From NCBI GenBank assembly GCA_039194325.1, contig JBCCWC010000003.1, positions 1 through 64,000 on the forward strand: a stretch of 64,000 nucleotides of DNA, read 5' to 3'. This stretch comes from Myxococcota bacterium. GTDB taxonomy: Bacteria > Myxococcota_A > Polyangia > Nannocystales > Nannocystaceae. The translations under genes were made by a program, and so were the position numbers. The notes beneath the pieces are model-generated. The model was not told the origin of the DNA. It did not search any database and worked only from the letters and a program-made list of their open reading frames with translations. This document shows positions 1 to 11,900 of this stretch, one piece after another. The stretch's first letter is position 1. Each line of letters starts with the position of its first letter.

Positions 1-788
1 CCACCCCCGACCGGAGCGAGGTCACATCCGTGGACGACGGCCCGGCCACCGAAGCCCACGCAACGGTCTCCGCGGCGGAGCCGGTCCGCGACTCGGGTCG
101 AGCGCAAGCCCGACGCCGCTCGCCACGACCGCGCCGTGACGGTCCCTTGATGCGCTACCTGGAGCGGCCCGTTCGCCCCGGTCCCCACCATGTGGATCAT
201 GGCGTCCTGCAGGCCGCGGTCGCTGGAGGATGGCCGCACCTTTACCGCCTCGAGCTCGCGCTCGGACTGCTCGATCACTTCACGATCGGAGCCACCACCC
301 ACTGGGTCCCCGGACAGCGAACTCCCCAGATCTCACCGGTGGTGGCCATCGCGTTCTTCCGCAATCACCTGTTCGAAACCGGCGTGCGACATTTTTGGTC
401 GCTGTACCCCCCGCCGGTCTCCGACTTCGATCCCGCCACCCCCTCGTTCCAGCGCAGCGCGCAGTGGTTGCTGGCGCACGGCAGCTTCGGGCAGGCATTG
501 GTGACGGGGGGCTTCGACGCGGGCGTGGTCCGGGCGCGAGACAACGACCCGGGGATGGATCCCGACGATCAGGGCAACAACCCCTCGATCACGCGCTGGC
601 GCTTTGGCGGGGGGTTGCACCTGCGGGTGGGGACTCGGCGCTGGGGCTTCACCGCGCAGGTGCTCGTGCCTCACGTGCTGGCCGAGCTGCGCCTCGACCT
701 GCGCTTCGGCCTGTTCGAGCGCCGCCGCAAGGGAGGGTGGCGGCCCGCTGGAATCGTCGAGGACTGGGATCGGCCCTTGCCCTGGTGA
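1..788 (+). CDS. hypothetical protein, 5'-partial (possible outer-membrane beta-rich protein)
   Basis: Frame open from the window edge to TGA 788; GC3-rich codons; alternating beta-strand-like segments (WRFGGGLHLRVG, ELRLDLRFG). Confidence 0.7.
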   Translation, partial: TPDRSEVTSVDDGPATEAHATVSAAEPVRDSGRAQARRRSPRPRRDGPLMRYLERPVRPGPHHVDHGVLQAAVAGGWPHLYRLELALGLLDHFTIGATTHWVPGQRTPQISPVVAIAFFRNHLFETGVRHFWSLYPPPVSDFDPATPSFQRSAQWLLAHGSFGQALVTGGFDAGVVRARDNDPGMDPDDQGNNPSITRWRFGGGLHLRVGTRRWGFTAQVLVPHVLAELRLDLRFGLFERRRKGGWRPAGIVEDWDRPLPW

Positions 789-1035
789 GTCTGCGCCGAT
801 CCGGACGCGGCGCATCGGTCGTTCCCCGATCGGTACCGTTGCCTACCGAATCGTCGCCCGATCCCGCAGCCGCACGGCAGGTCGTCCCAATCCGCACCAC
901 GAGGGGCCGACCGAGCCCCGATCTGCACCACCACCCGTCGGGTCATCCCCGGACTGGCCGATCCAGCCGGCTCTCCCCTGGTGAGCATGTGGCGCAAGTG
1001 CTGGCACAGCGACCGGACTGTGCGAGTCTTGGCCC

Positions 1036-1476
1036 ATGTCCGAAGCGTTCACTTCGCTGCGCCCCTATATGCCCGAGTGGATGGCCCAACGAGGCGCCGC
1101 GCTCCTGGGCTCCTTGCCGCAGGAGGTCGAGCAATGGGTCCGAGAAGCCGCCGCCGAGATCGAGCCCCTGGCCGGGCCCCCGAAACTCGATGCATGGAAG
1201 GACGAGATCGTGCAGCGCTTTTGCGGCGGCTGCAAGGCATCACAGAAGGACTCGGTGGTCGGTGCCCTGCGCAGCGCGGTCTTGTTGGTGGCGATCCGGC
1301 AGATGCCGGCACCGGAGATCATGCCGGGCCAGCAGACGGCGGTCCCGTCCGAGAGCAAGACCAAGAAGATGGGTCGGGTAGCGCTCAAGCGCAGTCGGAT
1401 GCTGGGCATGCTCGAGAAGGGGCTCCAGGCGTACAACGAGGCGACGAAGGCCGCCGTCGAGGCGATCGGCCGGTAG
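1036..1476 (+). CDS. hypothetical protein (146 aa, helical)
   Basis: ATG to TAG with host-like codon usage; no motif recognised. Confidence 0.65.
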   Translation: MSEAFTSLRPYMPEWMAQRGAALLGSLPQEVEQWVREAAAEIEPLAGPPKLDAWKDEIVQRFCGGCKASQKDSVVGALRSAVLLVAIRQMPAPEIMPGQQTAVPSESKTKKMGRVALKRSRMLGMLEKGLQAYNEATKAAVEAIGR

Positions 1477-1490
1477 GCGGCCAGGCCCAC

Positions 1491-1574
1491 CTCGAGAGCC
1501 CGCGAGCCTCGAGAGCCTGGAGCCTCAAGAGCCCGCGAGCCTCAAGAGCCCGCGAGCCTCAAGAGCCCGCGAGG
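1491..1574. repeat. 17-bp tandem repeat (CTCAAGAGCCCGCGAGC) x5
   Basis: Units start at 1491, 1508 (16 bp, degenerate), 1524, 1541, 1558; the last unit contains the stop codon of the ABM gene. Confidence 0.95.
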
Positions 1575-1876
1575 CCCTTCGACCAGGCTGGGGTGGCCAT
1601 GCCGACCTCGGGTTGTCCCGCGAGCAGCGGGCCTACCTTGGTCATGTATTCGCCAAACCAGGGCTGCGCCGCGTTTTGCTGGAAGGCCTCGCGGTCTCGG
1701 TAGATCTCGAAGAGGTAGAAAGTATCGGGATCTTGATCGTCTTCACAAAAGGCCACGACTTGTTGCGCCTCGTTGGCCTCGGCCCGCGCCTTGAGGTGTT
1801 CTTCCCATAGGGTCCGAACCTCTTGGCGCTTGCCGGGTTGTGTCTTGGTCTTGATGAACAGCGCGAGTCTTGCCAT
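1559..1876 (-). CDS. antibiotic biosynthesis monooxygenase (ABM)/putative quinol monooxygenase
   Basis: 105 aa, MARLALFIKTKTQPGKRQEV...DPDTFYLFEIYRDREAF; typical ABM size and PGK/FExY pattern. Confidence 0.85.
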   Translation of the reverse strand: MARLALFIKTKTQPGKRQEVRTLWEEHLKARAEANEAQQVVAFCEDDQDPDTFYLFEIYRDREAFQQNAAQPWFGEYMTKVGPLLAGQPEVGMATPAWSKGLAGS

Positions 1877-2044
1877 GCGCGGATGGTAAGGACGAGCGGG
1901 TCGCTCGAACATCCATCGTTGGATGGATTTTCCGGGCGATGCCGCGCGGTTGATCCCGAGCGGTTGACCCCGAGCGAGCGCGGCCTCCCCGCTCGGGCAC
2001 CCAGCGAGGCCGGAGCGGGAGCGCTGGAGCGGGAGTCGGAGCGA

Positions 2045-2097
2045 GGCAAAATTGCCAAATAACACCGTTCATTGGCATATAATCCGGAATTTTTGCC
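2045..2097. promoter_or_regulatory. AT-rich nested inverted repeat in divergent intergenic region
   Basis: GGCAAAA...TTTTGCC enclosing TGCCAA-N13-TTGGCA, with TATAAT at 2078-2083. Confidence 0.35.
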
Positions 2098-2422
2098 GAG
2101 CGGCAATCAAGATCGCCGCCTCGATGGACCGTCTGGGTGACGACCCACCCCCGTGACCCCACGCGATACCACCGTGCATGGGCACAGGCGGTACGTAGCC
2201 GCAGGCGCGCTCCGAGGCCGACGATGCGAACGCTCTGTTCACGGAATCCTCGCACTCGTCGAGTCGATGTCGTGGTTCTCGAAGCCCAATTATTCGTACA
2301 TGAAGCAACTTTGACATGATCATACTTGCACCTGAAGATCGGAACAATGAGGTGAATAACCCTCGAACACCCGTGGTCACATCGGCATGTTCCAATTCGT
2401 AGTTCATCCTCGTGGGCTCTCC

Positions 2423-3502
2423 ATGCTCCTCGCGCAGTCCTCGATCATCGGTATAATTGCCAGCATGACGGCTTGTGTCGAGCCTGACGCGCTCGACAGC
2501 GACTCTTCGGCGTCCTCGGGCACGACGGCCACCGAGATCGACGCCGACGCCGAAGGGTCAACGCAGGGCGTGCCCGAGCCGAGCGTGGGCGATACGACGG
2601 GAGCCGCCGACACCACGGGCGCCGCCGACGAGAGCACGACGGGCGAGCCGATCCCCGACGGACTGTTCGCGGTGGCGGGTGGTCTCCGTGCGCTCCGGCT
2701 CGGCCCGGATCATGTGTATTGCGAGCAGTACTCGCTCGACATCGACAATTGGCCGAGCATCCTGCAGATCTCCAAGCACGACGCGAGCATCGAGAAGTTC
2801 ATCGAGAACGGCCTCTCTCCCTTTAGCTCGCTGGCGGTCTCCGATGACTGGGTGTACGCGTCCGACACCTCGGAGATCTACGGGCGGCCGATCTCTGGCG
2901 AGCCCACGAGGCTCATCGCCGACATTCCCGGCTATGGTTCGCTCCCGCAGATGGTGGTCGGCGCAAGCCACCTCTTCGCGCTCAGGGCGGATCTTCACGA
3001 AGATCGCGTATACATGCACGACCTGCCCGATGGAGAGAGCGTCGAATTGTTCCAAGCGTCCGAGATCGACGGCCTCGCCACGGAAGGGGAGCGCTTGTTC
3101 GCAGCCACGAACGAGGGGCTCGTCGAGATCGACCTCGACACGGGGGTCCTCGTGCCGCTTGGGCCTACCAACGTGAGCTGGCTTCACGCCAGCGGGGGGT
3201 TCATCTACTTCGAGCGCGACGAAGAGCTGCTTCGTACGCCGCAAGACGGGGGGCCCCTGGCCCTACTAGTGGAGCAAGATCAGCTTGGGGGCTCTGTGAC
3301 CGGCATCGCCAGTGACGACCAGCATCTGTACTGGACGGCCAGCTATATCAGCGGGGGCAGCCTGCGGCGAGTGAGCCTCGATGGGAGTGGGCTGGAGATC
3401 ATGTTCGAACACACGGGGGCGAACTATCCGCATGATGTCCAGCTCGACGAGACTCATGCCTATTGGCGGACATCGGGTGAAGTCTGGCGAGTGACCAAGT
3501 AG
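2423..3502 (+). CDS. putative lipoprotein with beta-propeller domain (DUF5050-like)
   Basis: Signal plus Cys (MTAC), acidic Thr/Gly linker, repeated blades (LAVSDDWVY, IASDDQHLYW, LDETHAYW). Confidence 0.8.
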   Translation: MLLAQSSIIGIIASMTACVEPDALDSDSSASSGTTATEIDADAEGSTQGVPEPSVGDTTGAADTTGAADESTTGEPIPDGLFAVAGGLRALRLGPDHVYCEQYSLDIDNWPSILQISKHDASIEKFIENGLSPFSSLAVSDDWVYASDTSEIYGRPISGEPTRLIADIPGYGSLPQMVVGASHLFALRADLHEDRVYMHDLPDGESVELFQASEIDGLATEGERLFAATNEGLVEIDLDTGVLVPLGPTNVSWLHASGGFIYFERDEELLRTPQDGGPLALLVEQDQLGGSVTGIASDDQHLYWTASYISGGSLRRVSLDGSGLEIMFEHTGANYPHDVQLDETHAYWRTSGEVWRVTK

Positions 3503-3575
3503 GGCGTTGAGCGGTAGCGGCTTGCTGTTGGGGGTTTGTGTGGGGGGGTCGCTTTGGTTGGGGCGGGGAAGTGGC

Positions 3576-3648
3576 GGAGGTTGGTAGAGCTTGGTGCGGC
3601 GCCCCCCGCCGGAACTCCCGCGCACCGCACCAAGCTCTACCAACCTCC
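3576..3648. terminator. 24-bp perfect inverted repeat between convergent genes
   Basis: GGAGGTTGGTAGAGCTTGGTGCGG (3576-3599) pairs with CCGCACCAAGCTCTACCAACCTCC (3625-3648); imperfect G/T-rich and C/A-rich outer arms. Confidence 0.6.
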
Positions 3649-3687
3649 CCAAACCCGCAAACAAACTCCCGGCACAAAGCGCGAGCA

Positions 3688-5820
3688 CTAAGACTCGGGC
3701 GCCCCCGGCGTCCAGTCCTCGAGCCGCTCGAGGTTGGACTTCGATCGCCGGCGCGCCTGCTTGGCCTCGGCCCGGTCTTCGTCGATCTTCTTGCGCAGCG
3801 TATCGATCTGCGACTCCTTGCTCAGCAGCTCACGCGTGAGCTTGCCCCGCGCCGCGCTGCGCACACGGGCGTCGCCGAGAGCGGCCAGATCCTTGCGGAT
3901 CCGGCTCAGATCCCGCTCGAGCCGCTCGATCACCCGCCCATTGTCCTCGGCCCGCTCCACGAGCTCGGCAGCCCGACGGATCCGATCGATGGAGGTCTGC
4001 AAGATCTCCCGCTGGGGCTCGGGCACCCCCTTGCGCTTGCTCAGCTCCGTCAGCTGCTCAAGCTGCGGATCTTCGTGGGTGCGGGAGTGCAGTTCCTTGG
4101 CCCGCAGCGTGTGGCTGACCTTGGACCGGGCGTCCACCGTGGTGGCCGCCAACGCGGTGTCGCTGGCCAGATCATAGTCGAGCTCGACCACGCCGTCGCC
4201 GATGAGGTCGGCGCGCCGGGAGACGTCGAGCGCCACGTAGACCCGACGACCGCGACCGCTGCGATTGTCGAGCTTCAGCACCAGCTCCGACTCCCGCACG
4301 AAGCTCTCGACGATCTTATCGTCACGCCACCGCAGCACGGTGACCTCTTCGCCGAGCGTCGTGCGGCGGCGGCTCAGCTCCACGTCGAGCTCGAAGCCAT
4401 AGGGCACAAAGCGCCGCTCGTCCGGCTTGAGCCGGTCGAACATGGCCTCGCCCACGAAGCCGCCGTCGGCGAAGAACGACACCGTGCCCGGGGGCAGGGT
4501 CTGCGAGGTGGTGTTGACCAGCCGGGCGGCGCTAAGCCCCTCGTAGGTGTCTTCGGCAAAGAAGGTGATGGGCTCCACCTCGACCCGCTGCTGTACGATA
4601 GGCAAGAGCGCGGAGTGATGGGCCTCGAGGTCGATCGGGTCGGCCACTCGATAGAGGAACAGCGCGCCCGACTCGGAGCCTGCGGCCTTGGCCAGCTCGG
4701 CCAGGTCGCCCAGGGTCACCCCGCCGCTGTCTGCTCCGAATGAGCCGTAGGTACCCATCCTGACCATGCCGTGGCCGGTACCGCCACCACCCCGCCCGCT
4801 ACCGACGAGGCCCAGGCCACCCATCCCGAAGCCCTCACCGATCTCGGTGCCATAGAGCGAGTCAACGGTACGATTGGCCAGCTGCGGTACGGTGGTGAGG
4901 CCGTCAGGGGGCGCGACCAGCTCGCGCTCGGTATAGCGAGGAGCGGCCAGCGGGTGCAGGAAGGACGACGGGCGACCATTGGCCAGCTCGACCGTCACTC
5001 CGTCCCAGTCCTCGTCGGTGTCGTTGTGCACCAAGGCCCACGCCTGGAGCTGCCCCTGGAGCTCGTCGTGCTCCATCACCACGCGATAGGTCGTGCGCCA
5101 TACGGGAGCCTCGGAGATATAGCCCAACCCCAGACGCCCGGCCGATTCGGCCTGGACCGCGAGGGCGGTGGACTGGCGCGCCGCCTGGTCTGACAAGGCC
5201 GTCGCGGCCACGTCGAGGCGCTCGGCGGTACGACGGTCGAGCACGCGGATTGCCTCGACTCGGTCGGTCTTGATGCGACGCAGAGCATCGTCGTCGTCGA
5301 GCACGATGAGGGTGTAGTGCGGCTCGCCTCGGGGCTCGGCGCGCTCGGGTAGATCGTCGCCCGCTCCTGCGTCTTTGCGCTCGGGCTCGGCAACGGCATA
5401 CACGGGGGCGTAGAAAGGCCCCTCCAGGTCGATGAAACGGCCGCTCACCTTGCCGGTAGTGCTCTGGACCTGAACCCGCGAACCTTTGAGGCTCTCGAGT
5501 AGATCGTCGTAGGCCAGGGGCTCCTCGCCGTCTTGGGGCAAGCCGGCCATGGCCCGGGCCATGCTCTCGCTGACCGAGCTGCCGAAGTCGAGCCCGTTGA
5601 TCTTCACGCCACCGGTCGCCTCCAGGATCACCAGCGACTTGAGGGCGTCGTCGAGGTGCGAAGAAGGCAGGGGCAAGGCCAGGTCGTCGCGAGGCCCCAC
5701 GTTGCCCCGGCGCTCGAAGTAGCCCACGCCGGTCTCGTAGAGCCGAAGCTTGCGAAGGGGGAGCGCAGCGGGCTCGGCGGCGATCACGGTGGCCAGGAGG
5801 GCAGTAGTGAGAACGGGCAT
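3688..5820 (-). CDS. DUF4139-type secreted protein
   Basis: Signal peptide; LRLYETGVGYFERRG, LDDALKSL, PVWRTTYR, WALVHNDTDEDW motifs; C-terminal coiled coil. Alternative start 5841. Confidence 0.8.
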   Translation of the reverse strand: MPVLTTALLATVIAAEPAALPLRKLRLYETGVGYFERRGNVGPRDDLALPLPSSHLDDALKSLVILEATGGVKINGLDFGSSVSESMARAMAGLPQDGEEPLAYDDLLESLKGSRVQVQSTTGKVSGRFIDLEGPFYAPVYAVAEPERKDAGAGDDLPERAEPRGEPHYTLIVLDDDDALRRIKTDRVEAIRVLDRRTAERLDVAATALSDQAARQSTALAVQAESAGRLGLGYISEAPVWRTTYRVVMEHDELQGQLQAWALVHNDTDEDWDGVTVELANGRPSSFLHPLAAPRYTERELVAPPDGLTTVPQLANRTVDSLYGTEIGEGFGMGGLGLVGSGRGGGGTGHGMVRMGTYGSFGADSGGVTLGDLAELAKAAGSESGALFLYRVADPIDLEAHHSALLPIVQQRVEVEPITFFAEDTYEGLSAARLVNTTSQTLPPGTVSFFADGGFVGEAMFDRLKPDERRFVPYGFELDVELSRRRTTLGEEVTVLRWRDDKIVESFVRESELVLKLDNRSGRGRRVYVALDVSRRADLIGDGVVELDYDLASDTALAATTVDARSKVSHTLRAKELHSRTHEDPQLEQLTELSKRKGVPEPQREILQTSIDRIRRAAELVERAEDNGRVIERLERDLSRIRKDLAALGDARVRSAARGKLTRELLSKESQIDTLRKKIDEDRAEAKQARRRSKSNLERLEDWTPGAPES

Positions 5821-6006
5821 GATGTCGCCGGGCTGGGACACCGACCCACGGCAGAAGTTCCTGCGCGCAAGCGACCGCAGGACCGAGATCTCCGGTCGAG
5901 ACCTGGGTCCAAGAACCGGCCCAAAGCTGGACCCCTGGATTGTTCGAACGACCAGTCGAGCACAATACCTTGACCGAGGTTCACTCGCTCTCCCGTCACT
6001 CGACTG

Positions 6007-6105
6007 CCTAAGGATCCACCTGAGGATCTACCTGAGGATCTACCTGAGGATCCACCTGAGGATCTACGACCGGATCGACTCGATCCTACCCGATCCTACC
6101 CGATC
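6007..6105. repeat. 12-bp tandem repeat (CCTGAGGATCYA) x5 followed by 10-bp repeat (CGATCCTACC) x2.5
   Basis: Units at 6007, 6019, 6031, 6043, 6055; second array 6081-6105. Confidence 0.95.
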
Positions 6106-6386
6106 ACCTGACGTTCGACGCCCTGGTCGACTCGTCCTCGCCCCGCGGGGTGATCGTAGCGAGACACCCATCGTTTCGAACGGAGCGATGGTTCGTTGCG
6201 GTGACTCGATGACCCCGAGCCCCACCGTGCGAGACGTGCTCGATCCGCGACGGCCAACACACTGCCGGGGCCGTCGACGAGCCGCTCACGAGTGCGCTCG
6301 GGCCCGCACTCCGGCGGGCACCTTGGCCTACATGTTCTCGAAATCCGTAGTGTCGCTAGAGCCCTCACGGTACGCTGCTTGGCGTA

Positions 6387-8654
<2,268 letters not shown>

Positions 8655-8733
8655 CGCTTTGCCTGCGCCAACACATCGTGCCGGAAGCTCGTGCCGGCAC
8701 GAGGCACTAGGCCTGCTACCCTCCGGCCCCCTC

Positions 8734-9942
8734 ATGCCCCGCGTCGTCTTCGTCGCCCCCTACTTCATGGACGCCACCCTTCGTTTCGTCGACGCGGTGG
8801 CGAGCCTGCCCGAGGTCACCATGGGCCTGGTGAGCGCCGACCCGCAGGACAAGCTGCCTCCGCGCTTGCGGCAGCGCCTGGCGGGCCACTTTCGCATCAC
8901 TCGAGCCCTCGATCCCGCGGCCTTGGTGCACGCGGTGGGCAAGCTGGGTGAGCACCTCGGCGGCGTCGACCGCCTGGTGGGATCGCTCGAGCAGCTGCAG
9001 GTCCCGCTGGGTCAGGTGCGCGACCACTTCGGCATCGAGGGCATGGGTGCCCAGGCAGCCCGTCGCTTTCGCGACAAGGCGCTGATGAAGGACGCGCTGC
9101 GACAGGCGGGCTTGCCCTGCGCTCGGCACCGCCGCACCGACTCGGCCGCGCAGGTGCGGGCCTTCGTGGACGAGGTGGGCCTGCCCGTGATCCTCAAGCC
9201 CCGCGACGGGGCGGCCGCGGTGGGGACCCACCGGATCACCGACCGGGCCGCCCTGGAGCGGGCGCTGGAGCGCTTCGTGCCCGAGATGGTCGAGGAATTC
9301 GTCGTTGGCCACGAGCGCTCGTTCGAGACGGCCAGCGTACGGGGGCAGCCGCGGTGGGACTCGCACACCCGGTACGATCCGAGCCCGCTGACGGTGCTGG
9401 AGAACCCGTGGATCCAGTGGACGGTGGTGCTGCCGCGCGAGGAACGTACCGTCGACAGCGAGGCGATCCGCCCGGTCGCGCACGCCGCCCTCGAGGCGCT
9501 GGGGATGCACACGGGGCTGAGCCACATGGAGTGGTTTCGACGAGCCGACGGTAGTGTGGCGATCTCGGAGGTGGGGGCCCGCCCGCCCGGGGCGCAGATC
9601 GTGTCGCTCAACAGCTGGGCCCACGACACCGACATGTACCGGCGCTGGGCCGAGCTGGTCACGCTAGATCGCTGGCCGGTGCTGCCGCGGCGCTATGCGG
9701 TGGCGGCGGCCTACTTTCGGGGCCAGGGCGCGGGCACCCGGGTGGTGCGGCTACACGGCATCGAGCAGGCCCAGCGAGAGCTCGGGCACCTGGTGGTCGA
9801 GGCCAAGCTGCCGCAGCCGGGGCAAGCCAAGGTGCGTAGCTACGAGGGTGAGGGGTTTGCGATCGTGAGGCATGAGCAGACCGAGGTGGTGGAGCGAGCG
9901 ATCCGGCGGTTGGTGTCGTTGGTGCGGGTGGAGACGGGGTAG
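8734..9942 (+). CDS. ATP-grasp domain protein
   Basis: FRDKALMK, PVILKP, VEEFVVG, HMEWF, EVGARPPG. Confidence 0.9.
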   Translation: MPRVVFVAPYFMDATLRFVDAVASLPEVTMGLVSADPQDKLPPRLRQRLAGHFRITRALDPAALVHAVGKLGEHLGGVDRLVGSLEQLQVPLGQVRDHFGIEGMGAQAARRFRDKALMKDALRQAGLPCARHRRTDSAAQVRAFVDEVGLPVILKPRDGAAAVGTHRITDRAALERALERFVPEMVEEFVVGHERSFETASVRGQPRWDSHTRYDPSPLTVLENPWIQWTVVLPREERTVDSEAIRPVAHAALEALGMHTGLSHMEWFRRADGSVAISEVGARPPGAQIVSLNSWAHDTDMYRRWAELVTLDRWPVLPRRYAVAAAYFRGQGAGTRVVRLHGIEQAQRELGHLVVEAKLPQPGQAKVRSYEGEGFAIVRHEQTEVVERAIRRLVSLVRVETG

Positions 9943-10100
9943 GGGAGAGCTCGCTTGGCTCGCCATGCTAGTGTTGCTCGAAGCTTCGATGGCCAGCCCT
10001 ACCGCCAGCCACACGACACCGAGGTGCAGGGCACTGCATCACTCGGCAGCGGGTCGGTCGTCGAAGAACGCCACCCCATGAGCGGAAGATGAGACCCCTG

Positions 10101-11291
10101 ATGCGGATTGAGAAACTTACCATCAAGAATTACCGGGTCTTCAAAGAAGTCGTGATCCAGTCGCCCGGAGGATTCTCCGCGTTCGTCGGCGCGAATGGGT
10201 CGGGCAAATCCACGCTCTTCGACATCTTCGCCTTCCTCCGCGACGCCCTGCAGGACAATGTCCACGTCGCACTCGCGAAACGCGGCGGCTACAAGGAGGT
10301 CGTTAGCCGCGGACATGACGGTGCAGTTTCTATCGAAGTCAAGTTCAGGGATACCAGCAGCCCAAAGGGCGATAAAGCACCTCTGGCCACCTATCGGCTA
10401 GACGTAGGGGTGAACAAGGGTCACGGTATCGTCGAGAGAGAAGTTCTCAAGTACCGGCGCGGACAGCATGGACAACCGTGGCATTTTCTCGACTTTACCC
10501 GAGGTGAGGGCCAGGCCGTGACCAACGAGGCGGACTACGGAAAGCCCGAAGCCGAAATGGAGCGGGAACAACAGAGGCTAGACTCACCCGACATCCTCGC
10601 CATCAAGGGATTGGGCCAGTTCCAACGCTTCCAAGTAGTTAGCGCGTTTCGTCGACTCGTCGAACGCTGGCACCTCTCCGACTTCCACATTCAGGCGGCC
10701 AGGCCATCACAAGAAGAAGGATATGCGGAGCACCTTTCCCGCGAGGGCGACAACCTCGCGCTCGTGACTCGCTTCATGTTCGAGAACCATCGCAAGAGAT
10801 TCAACGCGGTCCTCGAGCGGATGGCGCAGCGTATCCCGGGCATCAAGCACGTCGAGGCCACTTCGACGGTCGACGGCCGACTCGTGCTTCGCTTCCGAGA
10901 TGGCGCGTTCCAGGACCCGTTCATCGCCAGGTTCGTGTCCGACGGCACCATCAAGATGTTTGCGTATCTAGTGTTGCTCAACGATCCGAGTCCACACCCC
11001 TTGCTTTGCGTCGAGGAGCCGGAAAATCAACTCTACCCGGCTCTGCTGCCCGAGCTCGCCGAAGAGTTCCGGGAGTATGGATCCCGCGGGGGTCAGGTCA
11101 TGGTGAGCACGCACGCGCCGGACTTCCTCAATGCTCTGGAGATCGAGGAGGTATTCTGGCTCAATAAGCAGGATGGATTCACAAAGATCCATAGAGCCTC
11201 CGATGACGAACAGCTCAAGGCTCTCGTTGCCGCCGGAGATCCTCTCGGCGCCCTATGGCGACAGGGGCTGTTTCAAGGAGCCCACCCATGA
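10101..11291 (+). CDS. ABC/AAA_21-type ATPase
   Basis: Walker A GANGSGKST, signature VSDGT, Walker B LCVEEPEN, H-loop STHAP; codons visibly more A/T-rich than neighbours. Alternative start 10089. Confidence 0.93.
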   Translation: MRIEKLTIKNYRVFKEVVIQSPGGFSAFVGANGSGKSTLFDIFAFLRDALQDNVHVALAKRGGYKEVVSRGHDGAVSIEVKFRDTSSPKGDKAPLATYRLDVGVNKGHGIVEREVLKYRRGQHGQPWHFLDFTRGEGQAVTNEADYGKPEAEMEREQQRLDSPDILAIKGLGQFQRFQVVSAFRRLVERWHLSDFHIQAARPSQEEGYAEHLSREGDNLALVTRFMFENHRKRFNAVLERMAQRIPGIKHVEATSTVDGRLVLRFRDGAFQDPFIARFVSDGTIKMFAYLVLLNDPSPHPLLCVEEPENQLYPALLPELAEEFREYGSRGGQVMVSTHAPDFLNALEIEEVFWLNKQDGFTKIHRASDDEQLKALVAAGDPLGALWRQGLFQGAHP

Positions 11292-11848
11292 ACCTCGTCT
11301 TCATGGTCGAGGAGTTGTCGATGAAAGCATTCCTCGAGGGTTTTCTCCCGCGGGTGCTCCCCCACGACATCCAGTACTTGATCATTCCGCACGAAGGAAA
11401 ATCAGACCTCGAGAAATCCATACCACGCAAGCTCCGAGCCTGGCGCGCACCCGATGCCCGCTTCGTGATCGTACGAGACCAAGACAACAGCGACTGTAGA
11501 AAGATAAAGGATCAGCTCCGCACGCTCTGCCGCAGAGCGGGTCGATCCGACGCATTGATCCGAATCGCGTGTCGTGAGCTCGAGTCTTGGTTTCTCGGCG
11601 ATCTGGAGGGAGTAGCCGAGGCCTTCAACCTCCCGAAACTGGCGAGCATGAAGGAAAAATCGAAGTTTCGCGCACCAGACAGCCTCGGCAATCCTTCGCA
11701 GGAGCTCGCCAAGCTCGTCCCTGGCTATGGCAAGGTACGCGGCGCCCGGGCAATGGGACCGCTGCTCGATGTTGCGAGGTGCAGATCGACCAGCCTCAAG
11801 AGCTTCGAGGCTGGGCTGCGCCGTCTCATCGAGAATGGACCACGATGA
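11288..11848 (+). CDS. DUF4276-like TOPRIM-fold protein (putative nuclease)
   Basis: ATGA overlap with the ATPase; FMVEE, RDQD, ELESWFLGD motifs. Confidence 0.85.
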   Translation: MNLVFMVEELSMKAFLEGFLPRVLPHDIQYLIIPHEGKSDLEKSIPRKLRAWRAPDARFVIVRDQDNSDCRKIKDQLRTLCRRAGRSDALIRIACRELESWFLGDLEGVAEAFNLPKLASMKEKSKFRAPDSLGNPSQELAKLVPGYGKVRGARAMGPLLDVARCRSTSLKSFEAGLRRLIENGPR

Positions 11849-11874
11849 TGAGCCTCGCGGCTTCACCCGCCCCC

Positions 11875-11900
11875 CCTACATCACCGGCCTACATCACCGG
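11875..11900. repeat. 13-bp tandem duplication CCTACATCACCGG x2
   Basis: Exact duplication containing the TAG of the minus-strand gene ending at 11889. Confidence 0.9.

Noticed and set aside
2052..2083. Canonical sigma70 promoter TTGCCA...TATAAT, or a sigma54 site at TTGGCA
   Set aside because: Spacing is 20 nt for sigma70, and there is no GC at the -12 position for sigma54.
2069..2407. 112-aa minus-strand ORF
   Set aside because: A/T-rich non-host codons, no motif, and it covers the probable promoter of the 2423 gene.
6007..6105. Replication origin or iterons
   Set aside because: No DnaA boxes, AT-rich unwinding element, rep or dnaA gene seen nearby.
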